Below are positions 39,965 through 54,730 of a DNA stretch of 64,000 nt, piece by piece. Location: positions 31,622,001 through 31,686,000 of the forward strand of contig CM052817.1 of the NCBI GenBank assembly GCA_028534125.1. Direction: 5' to 3'. Numbering within the stretch: the first letter of the stretch is position 1; the number at the start of each line of letters is the position of its first letter. The position numbers were made by a program, and so were the translations under genes. The notes beneath the pieces are model-generated. The model did no database searches. It was not told the DNA's origin and saw only the letters and a list, made by a program, of their open reading frames with translations. The stretch is from Lama glama. Lineage: Eukaryota.

Positions 39965-40949
39965 TATAAATCCATGTATTCTGTGGACTAAAAATTCTGC
40001 TATCAGTAGTATTTGCTATTGATGCAATTGTGGCTGGACAGATGAGTATTAGTATACATTAAGACTGTCTCCTGCTTTGTGGCTATTGCCACAATTTGCA
40101 GAGTCTGGTATAGTTTGAGTCTTCCAATTTTCCTGATGTCTTTTCTCAAAAAGAAACAACTGGTTTTCTGATTGATACGCTCCCAGTTGATCTCACTGTG
40201 ACTATTGTTTTCCAGCAGTACATGGTTATGCCTCAACACTAGATGTTTGTCTTTTTAAAGAAGTCGTTTCCAGCCCCAGTTTTGTGGCGTCCAAGGAATA
40301 TCAAAATTGTTTTGATTTTCTTAAAATTAAAAAATAATACATGCCTTATCAAAATGAGAATCAAAAGAGTTGTGAAATGAAAATGGAAGCATAAAGTGTC
40401 ATTGTCCAAAAGTTTGGGATTTACTCCTGTTTTTTTAACTTTTTAATTGAGTTATAGTCAGTTTACAATGTTGTGTCAGTTTCTGGTGTACAGCAAAATT
40501 TTTCTATCATACTGGATTTACTACTTTAAAACTCTTCAGTCTATTCTGCTTTCTCTGTCCCGTTTTTTTTTTTTTTTTTGGTTCACTATGTTGTGTTCTG
40601 CTGTTGTACCAGCAATTTATATCTGTATCCTATCCTGCAGCTAATGTCACTTCAGTGCTTGTAAACTGTTCTAAGACTTTATTAATGAATTTGCTTTGCT
40701 AAGGATTTACTACTATTATTTATTACTAAGATTTCAAAAAGACTTACTGTATATGAACTGAAGATATTTTTCTTCAATTGAGTTGTGATTTTTTGTTTGC
40801 AATAGTGGAATTGATTACAACTTTATATTTAATGGTTCATAGAGCTCGGGAGAGAGCAGGGAACAGCAGGAGGTCCTTAGAATGATTACTGTATTGAAGT
40901 CTTTAATTCCAGGATCTTTTGCATTCTTTTTAAACAATGGTATTAAGCA

Positions 40950-41190
40950 GCAAAGTATAGTAGTGAAGAGTTTAGGTTCTGGAGCAATCCTAATTTTGCC
41001 ACTTAATAGCTGTGTCACCTTGGGCAAGTCATTTATCTCACTGTGCCTAAGTGACCTCATCTGTAAAACAGGGATTATGAAAGTACCTATGTATCTCATA
41101 AGATTATTGTGAAGATTGAAAGAGTTAGTATATTTAAAATACTGAAATCATGCTTGGCATGTAATAAGCACTTGATAAAATTGATAATAT
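40950..41190 (+). mobile_element. MIR
   Basis: agctgtgtcaccttgggcaagtcatttatctcactgtgcctaagtgacctcatctgtaaaacagggat. Confidence 0.85.
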
Positions 41191-42149
41191 TATCATTTCA
41201 CATTGACTAAGAAAGCTTGTTAAATCATTGTAAAGCAATGTATACTAATAGTTTAAAATTATTTAATTATATTTATACATGGGTAAGACCGAAGATACTT
41301 CTATTAATGAAACTTTAAAAAATACAAAATTACAGGAATAAAATTACAATCTCAAAATGGCCACTTTGATCTTACTTTGTTATGTTTCCTTTATCTTTTT
41401 TCATATATATTTTTGAAAACATTGTAATCATGGTTGCTTTGTTCAGTGTTCATTCAGACACAAGTATTTAATAGTCTGTAAATGCCAATTACTGTGCCAG
41501 AGAATATATATTGAGGTTTGTGAAGACAAAGGCTCTATTCTTTTGCCTTGGATATGCCTTATTAAACAGAGAAAGGTGATTTTGAGATACTAAAATCTGA
41601 TTTTCCTTGGCCTGTAAAAGATTTTAATAAATAAAGAAATTTATTTCAGTAACAATTTTAATATAACTTATTTTTACTTTAAATAAAGTTAAATCTTTAC
41701 TGTTCTTAGCTTCCCTAGTTTACTTTTAGCTGATTGCAACATGAAAAGTGACTACTGTGGTTACCATAAATTCAGCAAATTATCTCCAGTCTCTCATCCT
41801 ATCTCCATCTTTTAATGAATTGAACCAATTTTTAGAATTGGTAGGGGGAGGGAGGTTATTATCACTCCTTACATTTATACATTTCTATATTAATTACTAA
41901 AGTTACTTTTAAAGAATAGATTATATTTAGTTCTTTTTATTATTAGTCATAAGGTATGTGTGACCTATGGGACAAAATATGATTTGTTATGGTTCAGTTT
42001 CCTTTTAATATTCATACTCTTAATTACATCTTTACTAGTCCTCACAGTATTTAACAATATACATAAATTATATTTAATGTTTAATTCATTTGTAATGACT
42101 GTTCTATGGGAAGAAGCAGTATCTTGAAAGGCCAATTATTTCTAATAGA

Positions 42150-42510
42150 TTTTTTTTAAACAGCTTTATTGAGATAGAATTTACATTCATAAAATTCATC
42201 TGTTTTTAGTATTGAGTGATTTCTAGTATATCTGGAATAGTACAACCATGACCATAATCTTGGTTTAGAATATTATTTTCAGTATCCCCAAAAGAAACCT
42301 TGTGCCATCAACAGTCACTTCTCATTTCTCTTCTTCCCACCCCCTCTCCCATCCCTGGGCAACCACTAATCTACTTTCTGTCTCATATTTGCCTATTCTA
42401 GACATTCCATATGAATAGTATCATGCAGTATGTGGTCTTTTGTGGCTGATTTTTTTTTTTTTTACTTAGCTTCATGTTTTTGAGGTTCACCCATATTGTA
42501 GCATTTTTAT
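42150..42510 (-). mobile_element. L1MB-type 3' end fragment
   Basis: tttaaacagctttattgagatag...ggcaaccactaatctactttctgtctc... Confidence 0.8.
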
Positions 42511-43229
42511 TGCCCCTAATATATTTTTTAAATGTTTCTTTTCAACTTATAAATACCAACTTAAAAACTTCAAACAGGACAAAAAATGAATAAGGTAAGT
42601 TTCTTGTAATTAAAAGAGGGTTAGAGGTAGAATTTCCTTTTTGATGGCATATGTAAGTGGCTACAAGAATGCTTTATTAGAACACCTTGCTTTACCGTGT
42701 AGTACATAGTTGGGGCACCTAATATAGTCTTATGACAGGTACTTAAGAAAGGTTTCCCTAAAGAAGTGACATTGAAGCTGAGACTCAGTAGAAAGTAGAA
42801 TGGGCTGGCTGAATTTGACAGGGGAGGCTAAGGTAAGCAAGAAGTGGAACTGAATTTGTTTAAGGCAAGGTGGGCAGCATGCACAAATGACCTAGAAGCA
42901 GAAGTGCTGGGTTTCCAGGAATAGAAATTAGTACCATATGGCTGTTATTTAGATTTGAGTGGTGAAGGAGGGTGAGAAATGTAGCTTAAAAAAAAAGTAC
43001 TGTAACAGTTAGATCATTGCTGTGTCTTAAGGGCCGTGGGGGCTGTGTTTTGGAAAAGACCATCCTAAGGGCAAAAGGCAACTGGCATATAATTTTTAGC
43101 AGAGGAATATTGTTAATAGATAACATATTTTAGAAAACAAATTGGCTGCAGTATATAGAATGGTTTGGAAGGGAGCAAGATCAGAGATTTTGAAATTTAA
43201 AAACAAAAGATTTTTTTTTCAAAATAGTT

Positions 43230-45300
43230 TTGGCAATTTTTTATCTTTACATTTTCATTTAACTTTTAGAATCAAATTGTCAGTTTCTATAAAAATGCCT
43301 TCTGAGATTTCTTAGGGATTGTATTAATTATGTTGATCAACTTGAAAGAATTGACATTTTAACAATATCAAGTCTTGAAATCTATGAGCAAGTTATCTCT
43401 CTCCATTTATTTAAATCTCCTTTAATTTCTCTCAGCGATGTTTCATCATTTTCAATATACAAATCTTGTATTTAATTTGTTATCTTGTACCTCATTTATT
43501 AAATTTATTCCTAAATTGATGCTATTGTGAATGGAATTGTTATATTTATTTCATATTTGAATTGTTCATTGATAATATATAGAAACACAGTTGGTTTTTT
43601 TTTTTTTTGGCATGTTGATTTTATATCCTGTGACCTTGCACTTAAGTCTAGTTGATTTTTGATAGATTCCTACGGAGGATTTCCTATGTACAGGGTCATT
43701 GTCTGTGAATAAAGACAATTTTACTTCTTTCTTTCTAATATGGATGCCTTTAATACATTTTTCTTGCCTTATTGTGCTGGCGTTGTACTGGCTGGACACT
43801 CCACTACTGCATGGCATAGAAGTGGTGAGAGTGTACATCCCTTAACGCTGTGCCCAGTCTTAGGAGAAGCATTCAGTCTTTCATCATTAGATCTATTTTT
43901 CTGAAGGAGTTTGTAAGATTGGCATTATTTTTCCTTAGTACTGATAAAATTAATAAGCAAAGGCATCTTCACCTGGGCTCTCCTTTGCAGGAAGATTTCT
44001 AATTACTAATTCAATTTTTTTTTTAAATAAATCTCTTCAGAGGCTCTTTTCTTCTAGAGTCTCACTTGATAACTTGTATCTTTCTAGGAATTTGTCTATC
44101 CTATCTGTTGGGATAAAGTTGTTGATAATATTCCCTTACAATTCTTTTAATATTGGTAGTGTTTATAGCAACACTCACCCTTTCTTTCTGGTTTTGGTAA
44201 TTCATGTGTTCTTTTTCTAGGTAAATCTGACTAAAGATTTACATTCTTTTTTTTTTTTTAATCTTTTCAAAGAACCAACTTTAGTTTCTTTTTTCTCTTT
44301 CTCTTTTTTAATTTCATTGATTTCTACCAATATTTTTCATTTCCTTCCTTCTGACTTCCTTGGGTTTAATTTGCTCTTCTTTTTTTTTTTTTTAATTAAT
44401 GCTTAGACTGTTGATTGAGATTTCTTTACTGATAGGAGGTTAAAATTATAAAATTTCCCCAAAGTTCTTCATTAGCTTCATCACATAGTTACCAGTACTA
44501 TGCTATATTTTTGTTTTTCTCTAGTTCAGGATGCTTTCTTGTGATGTATTCTTTGACCTGTGGTTATTCATAAGTATGTTATTTAATTTCCAGATATTTG
44601 AGATTTACTTAATTCCTTTTTGTTGTTGATTTCTAATTTAACTCCACTGTGGTCAGAGAACAGACTTTGAAGATTTTCAATTTTTTTAAATTCAAAAAGA
44701 TTTTTTAATGGTCTAGTTGATGGACTATCCTGGAGAATGTTCTATGTGCACTTAAGAATGTATTCTGTTGTTTTTGGGTGGATCGTCCCATGAATGTCAG
44801 TTAACTAATGTTGATAATGTTGTTCAAGTCTTCTATATCCTTACTGATTTTCCCTGTAGTTCTTTTTTTAGTTATTCATGAGGAGCTGTTGAAAAAACTC
44901 CAAAATTTCTGTATTTTTTCCTTTGAATTCTATTACCGATACTAAATGTTTAATTGTTATATCTTCCTAATGATATGGCATATCTCTCTTCTGTAGTAGT
45001 AATATTTCATAAACTTTAGCTCTCTTACGGTTCCTATTTTCCCATTCTTTTACTTTCAACCTGTTTGTGACTTTGGATCTAAGTTGTTTCTTTTGTAGAC
45101 GATATACATGTGGTCTTTTTTTTTTTTTTCCGTTGAGTCTGACCATCTCTGTCTTTTGAGTTAGGGCCCTCAGTCTATTAACATTTAATGTAATTATTGG
45201 TATGGTTGGGTTTATGTCTGCCATTTTGCTGTTTGTTTTCAGTGTGACTCAATTGTTTCTGTTCTTTACCCCTCCTTTAACTGTATTCTTGGTATGATGA
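43230..45300 (-). mobile_element. L1 ORF2 fragment (endonuclease to RT), decayed
   Basis: Minus-strand ORFs NPTIPIITLNVNRL (endonuclease start, ~45200) and IRQEKCIKGIHIRKKEVKLSLFTDN (RT, ~43700-43775). Confidence 0.88.
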
Positions 45301-46120
45301 TTTCCGTTCGTATCCTGGACATTATAGGTATTATGTTTGTGAGACTCATAAATCATTTCTTCTTTTTTCAGTTAATCACCTTGTTAAGGTGTAGTGCATG
45401 GACCTGAATAGGAGTGGATGTTCGGCTCCCTGCCAGGCCCTGCTGACACCACCTTGGCAAAAGTGGAGCACTGGCTCACACCGCTTCCTTTCAAATGGAT
45501 GGGGTGCAAAAATCAGCTCCCTGTTGGGCCCTACTGACCCAGGGAGAGTGGGGAAAAGGGAGAGAAGGTGCTCCATTTCCCATTGCCTCCTTCTGTCGTG
45601 TTGGTGCTTGGTGCTTGGTGTAGAGGTGGAGGTTCTGTTCCTCCAGTGGGCCTCTATGACTTAACTGGAAACATATTACCCTATTTCTGCTAAAATTTTC
45701 TTGACAAGTAAAAACTTGACAATCTCAACCTGTTTTTAAGTTACTAAACTGGCTGTTTCCATCAGAACTAAGTCTCTCTTGATTAAACCATAAATTATTT
45801 AAGAAATTCAAAAGTGTCAGTGAAAAACTGTGTAGGCAAATAGTTATTTTGAAGAAGTCTGTGTGTTTGTAAGAGATGAGCAAAGGAGATAATATGCACG
45901 GTTATTGCAACTATTTTTGTTTGGGATTCTTTTGAGGGTTTTTTTTTTTTTTTAATTCAGGGGCTGAAATAACCTTGGTTTTGCTAAAGGAGCATCTACT
46001 TACATGCTACAGTCCAGGTCATGTATTCTCTGGCAGATTTAGAAGTCTTGTAAAATGTCAACCAAAGAATCCCTGACTGATGAGTAGTTTGCTGCAAATA
46101 TCATATGGGCCAGAGCCCTC

Positions 46121-46159
46121 CATTTTTAGTGATCATTTTTAGTGATCATTTTTAGTGAT
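46121..46159. repeat. 13-bp minisatellite x3
   Basis: catttttagtgat x3. Confidence 0.95.
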
Positions 46160-47703
46160 GGGGCACTGAAATAAGAGAATGGAGTAATAGAAGATAGTTG
46201 GCACATGCAAGGGTTATGAAATCAGTTTCCCCCTTTTCATCATTCTAGGAATGGACAGTTTGCTACTTTACCTTTTATCTGTTAATGGAAGGAAAGAACA
46301 TTGTCTTTTGACAGTAAGGGAAGTAAATGTAGGATTTGTTGATCTACTTTTGCTTCGTATCCTTTTCATGTAGATGAATCATGCAATGTGTGTTTTTTTT
46401 GTGTGTCTGGGGAGGAACATAGTAGGTACATGTGAGTCGTATGGGCAAATTGTCTGAAACCAGTCAGTGTAGAGAAGAGTTACATATTGAAAGAGTGGTG
46501 ATAATATCATAAAGTCATCTTATTGTTTGTTATTCATCTATAGAGGTTTTGTTTGCTAAATATTTACTAACAGAATATCAGTATATGATAGTTATCACAA
46601 TTAAAGTGTGGGTGCTGAGGTAGAAATTTGTTATGGAACATTTGTGCTATTTAAGCTAGAAAGAGTATGAACTATGTTGGTTTCATTTTTATTTTGAATT
46701 GTTAATAAGATACTTCATTACTTTTTCCAAATGAATATAGATTGTGGACTAGAGAAATGATTGTTTACCTTATTAGTCTTTCTTGATTATATGATCAGAG
46801 CTAGTCTATGTGAGTGACAGACCTAAGTTATAGATAGGGGAGATGAGAGAATGGATGGAAAATGTACATATTTCCACTAGAAAGTAGTTTTATCAATTCC
46901 AGTACTATAGAGATATATTTAAATATACACCGAAACATACTTCATTTTATTGCCCTAACTTGATTAACATAAAGTGTGAAGTAATTAACTCCTTGCCTTA
47001 TTGAGACAATTAACTATGTAAATATATCAAAGCAAACTTTGGTCTGCTTCATAGAATTCCCTCAAAGTGTCTTAATTTGAAAACTACTCTGATTAGAATT
47101 CAAGTAACTTCACATTTTTCATGGGGAGTCACATTTGAAATAAGTTAATATCAATTGATATAATCTGAACTAATGTGAGGAAAAACAAATGAAGTAAGAA
47201 ATTTAAGTATACCTCTCTCCTATCTTTTTACCTTTTTGTTTTTATGTACCTTCCCTAGGAGCTTATAAAATACTTTTCCTTTATTTTTTACTCAGACTGA
47301 AGTAATTTAGTAAATTGATTCATGTTGTTATTCAGGATTTTTTAAAGTACTGCTTTTCTCTGACATATTATTTGAAAAGGGCTGCAGAGTGAGTACTGAT
47401 TAACTAAAAGGGATTAATTACTCATGGTATATTTTTGTGTGGTTTGTGGTAGGAAGGGAACTGGGGAGTTGGAAAGCAAGGTATTTATTGTCTGCATTCT
47501 GCTTCCTAGATGAGACTTGATATGGTTATATTGGGGAGTTAATCAAGATCTATTGAAAACAGAATAAACTATTTTAAAGACATGTTTTATCATAGTTTTT
47601 GGAAGAGAGTAAAAGAGAAAAATAAGACATTTTAGGACTGGACAGTTGGTCTCATTTGGGTTCATTTAATAGTTGAGATTTGGATTTATATTGATGATTA
47701 TAG

Positions 47704-48081
<378 letters not shown>

Positions 48082-49424
48082 TGAGTGTTATGTTTTTAGG
48101 AAGGCAGCTCTTTGCTTGGTAGTGTTTTTCAAATCATGTTGTGCGTGTCATCATCAGTTTTTGCCCTATAGACATAACCCTATTCTACTATTAATAGCTT
48201 TTTTCCCCCAGTTCTTTATTTTTATTTAGCTTCATCCTCAAAAATAATATCCATGAAATAATAGGTGTTTATGTGATAACTTTTTTGCTAATGCAAGCTA
48301 AAACAAATAACTATTAAAAAAAGTTTTCTATAGTATCATCTAAAATCATCTCACCAGCCCCAGGGAAATTTTGATGTGGTAGAAGGATACAGGTTGAGAA
48401 ACAAAAAGACCTCATTCTCACTATATCACTTGGTTGCTGTGAGACACTCTGCAAATTATTTAACTCCTGTGAGCTTAGTTTTCTCATGCGAATGAGCACT
48501 GTAAGGTTATTTTAAGGATTAAACGATAATGTTTATGAAAGAGCCTAGCATGTTTTTCTGGCTCATACAGTGCTTAGTAAATGTATTCATTTCCCCTTCT
48601 TGTTGTCTTTGTTGGTTTTTTTTTTTAACTTGGCATTTTAGATTTAAATTGCTTTTGTGCTCTGTTTAATAGCATTCACAAACCTGACATAATGTATATG
48701 TCACTATTTATGGCATTGAATGTAGCATGCTAGTGTGTTAGAAATGTAGAAAAAATATTGACTCTTTCTTGGAATTACTCTCAATGTTTTAAGAATATCA
48801 GTTTCCTAGAATACTCATGTAGTAAAACATTAATGCATGATTTGTAATCCTAAATAGGTTTTTTGTTTTGTTTTATTTTTTGCTCTGTGTTTACTTGGCA
48901 GCTATATGCTTATAATTGTTTCTTTTGGCTTTATTATTGAAATACGTGCTCTCTGGTTAGAGAGTAAGCTGTAAATGGTCAGGAGAGTCAGGGGGAGCCT
49001 ACACAGTTAAACTGGCTGTAGTTTATAGTTAAAGTATAGTTCCTTTGGCTATAAGGAGAATGATTATTATAAGAATATAATACATGGGATGGGCATAGCT
49101 GAGAAAACCAAAGCTGTTGCACTTCAGAAATAGCAACTGGAGTGAGTAGCTTTTTGCTTTATTATAACAAAGGTATTGAAGATAGTAAGAGTGTGTTAAG
49201 AGAAGCTATTACTCTTGAACCAAAACTAGGTATAATTAAGTATTGGATCTGCTTAACAATGTTTTGATTTTACAGCTGTATGCACAGAGCGATAGTTATA
49301 ATTGTAAATGTAATATATTTAAAGAAAAAAAAATTTGTCTATTACAAGTTTGAACTTTGTAGTCCTAAATTTCCTTTTTCCCATATTGGAGGAGAGATTG
49401 TTGTTTTTTGCTTTGTTTTGTTTT

Positions 49425-49490
49425 TTAAATGGAGGTACTGGGGATTGAACCCAGGACCTTGTGCATGCTAAGCATGTGCTCTACCCAGCC
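49425..49490 (-). mobile_element. tRNA-derived SINE (Vic-1-like), partial
   Basis: ggaggtactggggattgaacccaggaccttgtgcatgctaagcatgtgctctacc. Confidence 0.8.
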
Positions 49491-50019
49491 CCAACACCAT
49501 CCCCAGTTTGTTTTTCAAATGTATTTTATGATAAGGCAAAGCTTCCTAGGAACTTAGCTTTTGTATTCTAGCAGAACCATTCTGCTCCATCACATTCAGC
49601 TTCTCTGCAGTGTCCTGCCATGTGTTCCTAAGATGTTCTTCTCTTGTTTTATTATGATAGTGCATTATCTTTTTTACCCTGCCTTACTCTCACTGTGGTT
49701 TTCTTTTCACTCTTTCAAAGTTCTCCCTTCTCTGCCCTTTTTTTCTTTTTTTTGGTGGTAGGATTTATATAACATAAAATTTCCCACTTTAACCATTTAA
49801 AAATATACAGTTTGGTGGCACATTAGATACATTTGCATTGGCATCCCCACTGTCTATCTCCAGAACTTGTTTGCCATTCCATGTACTAAAATTCTGTACT
49901 CATTAAACTTCCCATTCCTCCTGTCCCCCACCTAACCAGGTCTCTTTTGCCCTGTTTCTCTCTGTTTTATTGATTTCATCCATTCATATGATGTCCATCT
50001 CTGTTCAAACGAATCTCCT

Positions 50020-51100
50020 TCATGCATTTATTCAGTTAATATTTAATAAGAGCCTGTTATGCTTCAAGAATTGGGGAAAGGGTCGCTGATACATGATGAA
50101 GAAAGACTGACATTGTACCTTCACTCATGGAGTTTATCATCTAGTAGGGAAAACATTAGTACAAATAATTTTTATAACTGGTGATATGTAATAAAAGAAT
50201 GGTATACAGTGCTTTGAGCTTGGAGAAATAGGAATTTTGCCTCAGGGAGTAATGTTTGGGCTGAGTCATAAAGATTCAGGGAAATTTAAGTGGGCTAAAG
50301 GGCAAGGTGAAGGAGGGAATAGAGTATTTCAGGTGGAGAGAACAGCATGTGCAGAGGCTCTGTGGGAGCATGTGAGAAGGAGCCTGGCACACATGAGGAA
50401 CTGGAACAAGCCAGGGTGGCTGGAGATTAGGGAAGGAGAGAGAGGAGATAAGGCCGAAAGGTATGTAGGAGCCGGACTCTGCAAGTCCTTAGAGACCATG
50501 TTAAAGGTCTTGGACTTTGTTCTAAAAGCATTGGGAAGATATTGAAGGGTTTTATTCTAGGGATAGTATGTGGAGGCAGGAAGAAATGATAGGATTTGCA
50601 TTTTGATAAGGTTTTATGCATAGCTGTAGATTGGAGAGGGCCAAAAGTGAATGCAGGATGCTTTCGAGAGGGATTGATGATGATAGTTAGGCTGTGTGTT
50701 GGGGGATAAGGGTCATAGTGGAGATGAGAAGATGTGAAAGGAAAAGGGAGTGAACCAAATATGAGGGAATGAGGGAGAAGAAAGAAGCAGCAGTGATTCC
50801 TAGATTTTGACTTGTGTGATAGGATGAATGTTGTTGTCATTCTGAGATGGAGACCCCAGAAAGAGAATTTGTTTTAGCAGGAAAATCATGAGTTTGGATT
50901 TGTTGGCTCTGGGTGCATTTGCCATACCCTCAGGGGAGACATTAAATGGGCAGCTTATATGGAACTGAAGCTCAGGAAAACTTAGACCTGTAGATAAAAG
51001 TAACAGGGATTTGGGGGAATATAGATAGTAGCTAATGTGGATATGAATGAGATTTCTCAGGAAAAAGAATATGGTTTAGAGTGAGAAGATAAAAGGGTTG
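50020..51100 (-). mobile_element. L2 fragment
   Basis: Purine-rich L2-like sequence (agagaacagcatgtgcagaggc...gaggaactggaacaagccagggtggctggag). Confidence 0.75.
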
Positions 51101-52818
51101 AGGACTTGAAGTGCTAATGATTAAATTAATAACCAAATAGAGACTATGCTTCAAAGGAGATCAGAGTAAAGAGATAGGAAGGACTGAACATCCCCGTTTC
51201 TGCTCAGGTTGATATATCTGAGATCATGCTACATACTGCATGGTATGTTTAATGGTGTCTTGTCTCATGGTGAATATGTATAAAACTATACATATTCCTG
51301 CACTATCTAGCTAAACAGAAAATCTGCCTTTCTCCTTCCCAAGCCAGCGCTCTGCCTGGAGGCAAACCAGAAACTTCAGAACCATCTTGTTTTTTTCCCC
51401 TTAGTAGTCCTTTCATTTTTAGTGTCTATCCTTTTCTTCTTCTTCTCCCTCTTCCTCCTCCTCCTCCTTTTCCCCCTCCCCCTCCCTCTCCTCCTTATTC
51501 TTTTTTGTTACTTTTTTTTGCCTAGTTCAGTTTGATCTATTTAACATCAGAATTTCCATCAGTCCCCGCCCCCCCCCCCAGCTGACTGGATCATTATCAC
51601 CCTTGCTCAAAAGTCCCTGGTGGTTGTATCATTACTACTGAACAAAGCTTAAGGCTCCTGAGCATGTAGTGTTCCAGTCTTCCTGTGACCTGGCCCCAGT
51701 TAGTTTTCCCTGATTCCCTCACCATGTGCTTTACCTTTCTTGATTACTCACTCTTATTTCCTGGACATACTATGTGTCTTCAAAATACTGCTTTTGTTTG
51801 TGTTATAAACACATATGAAAATACATACTTTTTCCACTTTCAGTGGGCTAACAAATTATTCCTCATCCTCTCAAGACTGCACCAGTGCCTCTCCTTCCAA
51901 AAAGCCTTACCTAGTTTCTCTCAGTTCTTATGAATTACTTCTGTCTCATCATTTCCACAACCCCTTTGCACCTTTATGATAGTATTCATTTTGTTTTGCC
52001 TTGAAATCGTCATTTTTTTGCCTATTCTACTTGGCTGTAAGCCTCTGGAGAAAAGGCACCACGTCACATTTGTGTATTTATTCTACATAGTATTTTGTTC
52101 ATGGTCATAAATACTGAATAAGCTTTGAATTTTGGAATAGGGTGGAAGAAAAAAATTTTTTTAAGTATCAAAATTTTCTGTATATAATTGCATTTGATAT
52201 CTTGGCTTTACTTTTGTACTATTTTTATGATTTTATATGCATAGTGCAAATTTTTTTCCTTTTTTTGGCAAAAGTATTCTCCTTGGCCCAGAAAACTGGG
52301 GAGAAAAAGCTTTTTTTTTTTCTTAAAAAGAGAGTTCTTGTATGTTTGATCTTAACCTGGCCTAAATAGTCAATATTGCTTTATTTTTTTTCAAAAATCC
52401 AAACTTTGGAAAGGCTATTTTTAAAGCTTATTATTTCATAGTTTTTTGTTGTTGTTGTTAGCAGTATGTATTTGTTATAAAAAATGAGAAAACATAAATA
52501 TGCTTTTATATTTATTTTATTTTTAAAGGCTATTCAAGGTTGACACAATTGGAGTAAACTTTCCAACAAGACACAAGTAACTTAATTTAGTGGCTAATAA
52601 TTTATTGAGGAGATATTCTTCCTATGGTGTTATTTTTATCTGGTGTGGCTGCTGTTTTATTTGCATAACAAAATTTAAGATAATAGAAATATTTGGGATT
52701 ATTGTGATATATTTTCCCCCACTACTATAGAAATGTTTCTGTATTTAAATTGAGACAGATAATGATTTAATGAACTTTCTAATAGGAAAAGTTTTTGAAA
52801 TGTTAGGAAAAATTTTGA

Positions 52819-53055
<237 letters not shown>

Positions 53056-53067
53056 TAAGAAATGCTT

Positions 53068-53655
53068 GTTTGGTACATGCACTCCAGTTTTCATAGCAAC
53101 ACTATACACAATAGCCAAGACATGGAAGCAACCTAATGTCCACCAACAGATGACTGGATAAAGAAATTCTGATATATTTATATAATGGAACACTGCTCAG
53201 CCATAAAAAAGAATAAAATAATGTCATTTGTAGCATCAGTGATGGACCTAGAGACCATCATTCTAAGTGAAGTAAGCCAGAAAGAGAAGGAAAAATACCG
53301 TATGGTATCACTTATATGTGGAATCTAAAAAAAGAAAAAAGAACTCTAATGAACTCATCTGCAAAACAGAACCAGACTCGGAGACATATTAAACAATCTT
53401 ATGGTTACTGGGGGAAATGGGGTTAGAAGGAATAAATTTGGGAGTTTGAGATTTGCAAATGTTAGCCACTATATGTAAAAATAGATTTTAAAAAATTTCT
53501 TCTGTATAGTGCAGGAAACTATATTAAATGTCTTGTAAGAACCTTTAATGACAAAATATGAAAATGAATATATGTATGTATATGCATGACTGGGATGTTG
53601 TACTGTACACCAGAAATTGATACATTGTAACTGACTATAATTCAAAAAAATAAAT
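53068..53655 (+). mobile_element. 5'-truncated L1 3' end, sense orientation in SLAIN2 intron 3
   Basis: caatagccaagacatggaagcaacctaa...ctcagccataaaaaagaataaaata..., A-rich tail, TSD AAATGCTT at 53060-53067 and 53656-53663. Confidence 0.88.
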
Positions 53656-54581
53656 AAATGCTTTTTAATTTACTGCCCTGCCTCAGAAAATAACTTACTC
53701 ATCAGTAGTTTAAGTCTAATTTTGAAACCTCTAACTAGTTAGAGAAAGTACCATTGAGGAACTACTTAGCAAGCAGCAAATAGTATTGTATTAGGCACCA
53801 GGGATACAGATAAGCCAGGTTACATCCGTAAAGTTTTCTTCAGCATGTATGTGAAAGTTTTTAAATCTGGCTTGATTAAATAGGTCACAAGCTTAATTCT
53901 CTTAACCAGTGAATGCTTATTGAGTAGCTTGCTTGGGTTATAAAAACTATAGGGCCAAAACTTTTTAAATAGAAATTTTAATAAGCTTTGATATTGCGCT
54001 TAAATGATAGTATATGGCTGTGTATGAATGTGCCAAGAGAGTGTTTCGAGCCCTGAATAATACAGGAGGGATAGAGTGCTCTAAATTGGGAGAATAGTGT
54101 TTCAACTTTTCACAGGTTTAGTTCTGTAACTAAGGTTATTACTCTGTAGTTCACTGTTCTTGAGAACTCACCCATCAGTTATTCTGATTGCTGCTATTGC
54201 TATGATTATTATAGCTTCCTTAAGAATTGTTAACTGCATCAAACTTTAGACCTGTGTACTCCCTAGTCTAATCACTTTATTGATCCTGCTGTTAGCTCTG
54301 TACATAGGTTGTTACTTACCACTTATTTCACCCATACAGTCATACTAAAAAGTTTGACCTGCCATAGTTGTTTAATATAAAGAATTTTAATCAGGCACTA
54401 TTTGAGACTGACCTTGTAGTACTTATCCTATCATGTGCACTATCCTTTTCTTGATAATATAAATACTAACTGTTTTGTATTCTTCTTGCTCTTCTTACGT
54501 GCCTTTCATGTTGGAGCTGACTCTTATGGTGAAGAATTTTAGAAAAACAAGAGTTTCATATCTGTATTAGAAATATTAGTA

Positions 54582-54730
54582 GGGGAGGATATAGCTCAAG
54601 TGGTACAGTACATGCTTAGCATGCGTAGGGTCCTGGGTTCAATCCCCAGTACCTTCTCTAAAAATAAATAAATAAACCTAATTACTTCCTCTCACCAAAA
54701 ATGAACGAATGAATGAATGAATAAATAAAT
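54582..54730 (+). mobile_element. tRNA-derived SINE (Vic-1-like)
   Basis: GGGGAGGATATAGCTCAAGTGG (A box)...TGCTTAGCATGC (Ala-AGC-like anticodon arm)...GGTTCAATCCCC (B box), A-rich tail. Confidence 0.9.

Noticed and set aside
46121..46159. Short direct repeats as a CRISPR-like array
   Set aside because: No spacers and a mammalian context; simple minisatellite
54582..54655. Apparent tRNA-Ala gene
   Set aside because: One of nine dispersed copies with A-rich tails and diverged stems: a SINE, not a tRNA gene
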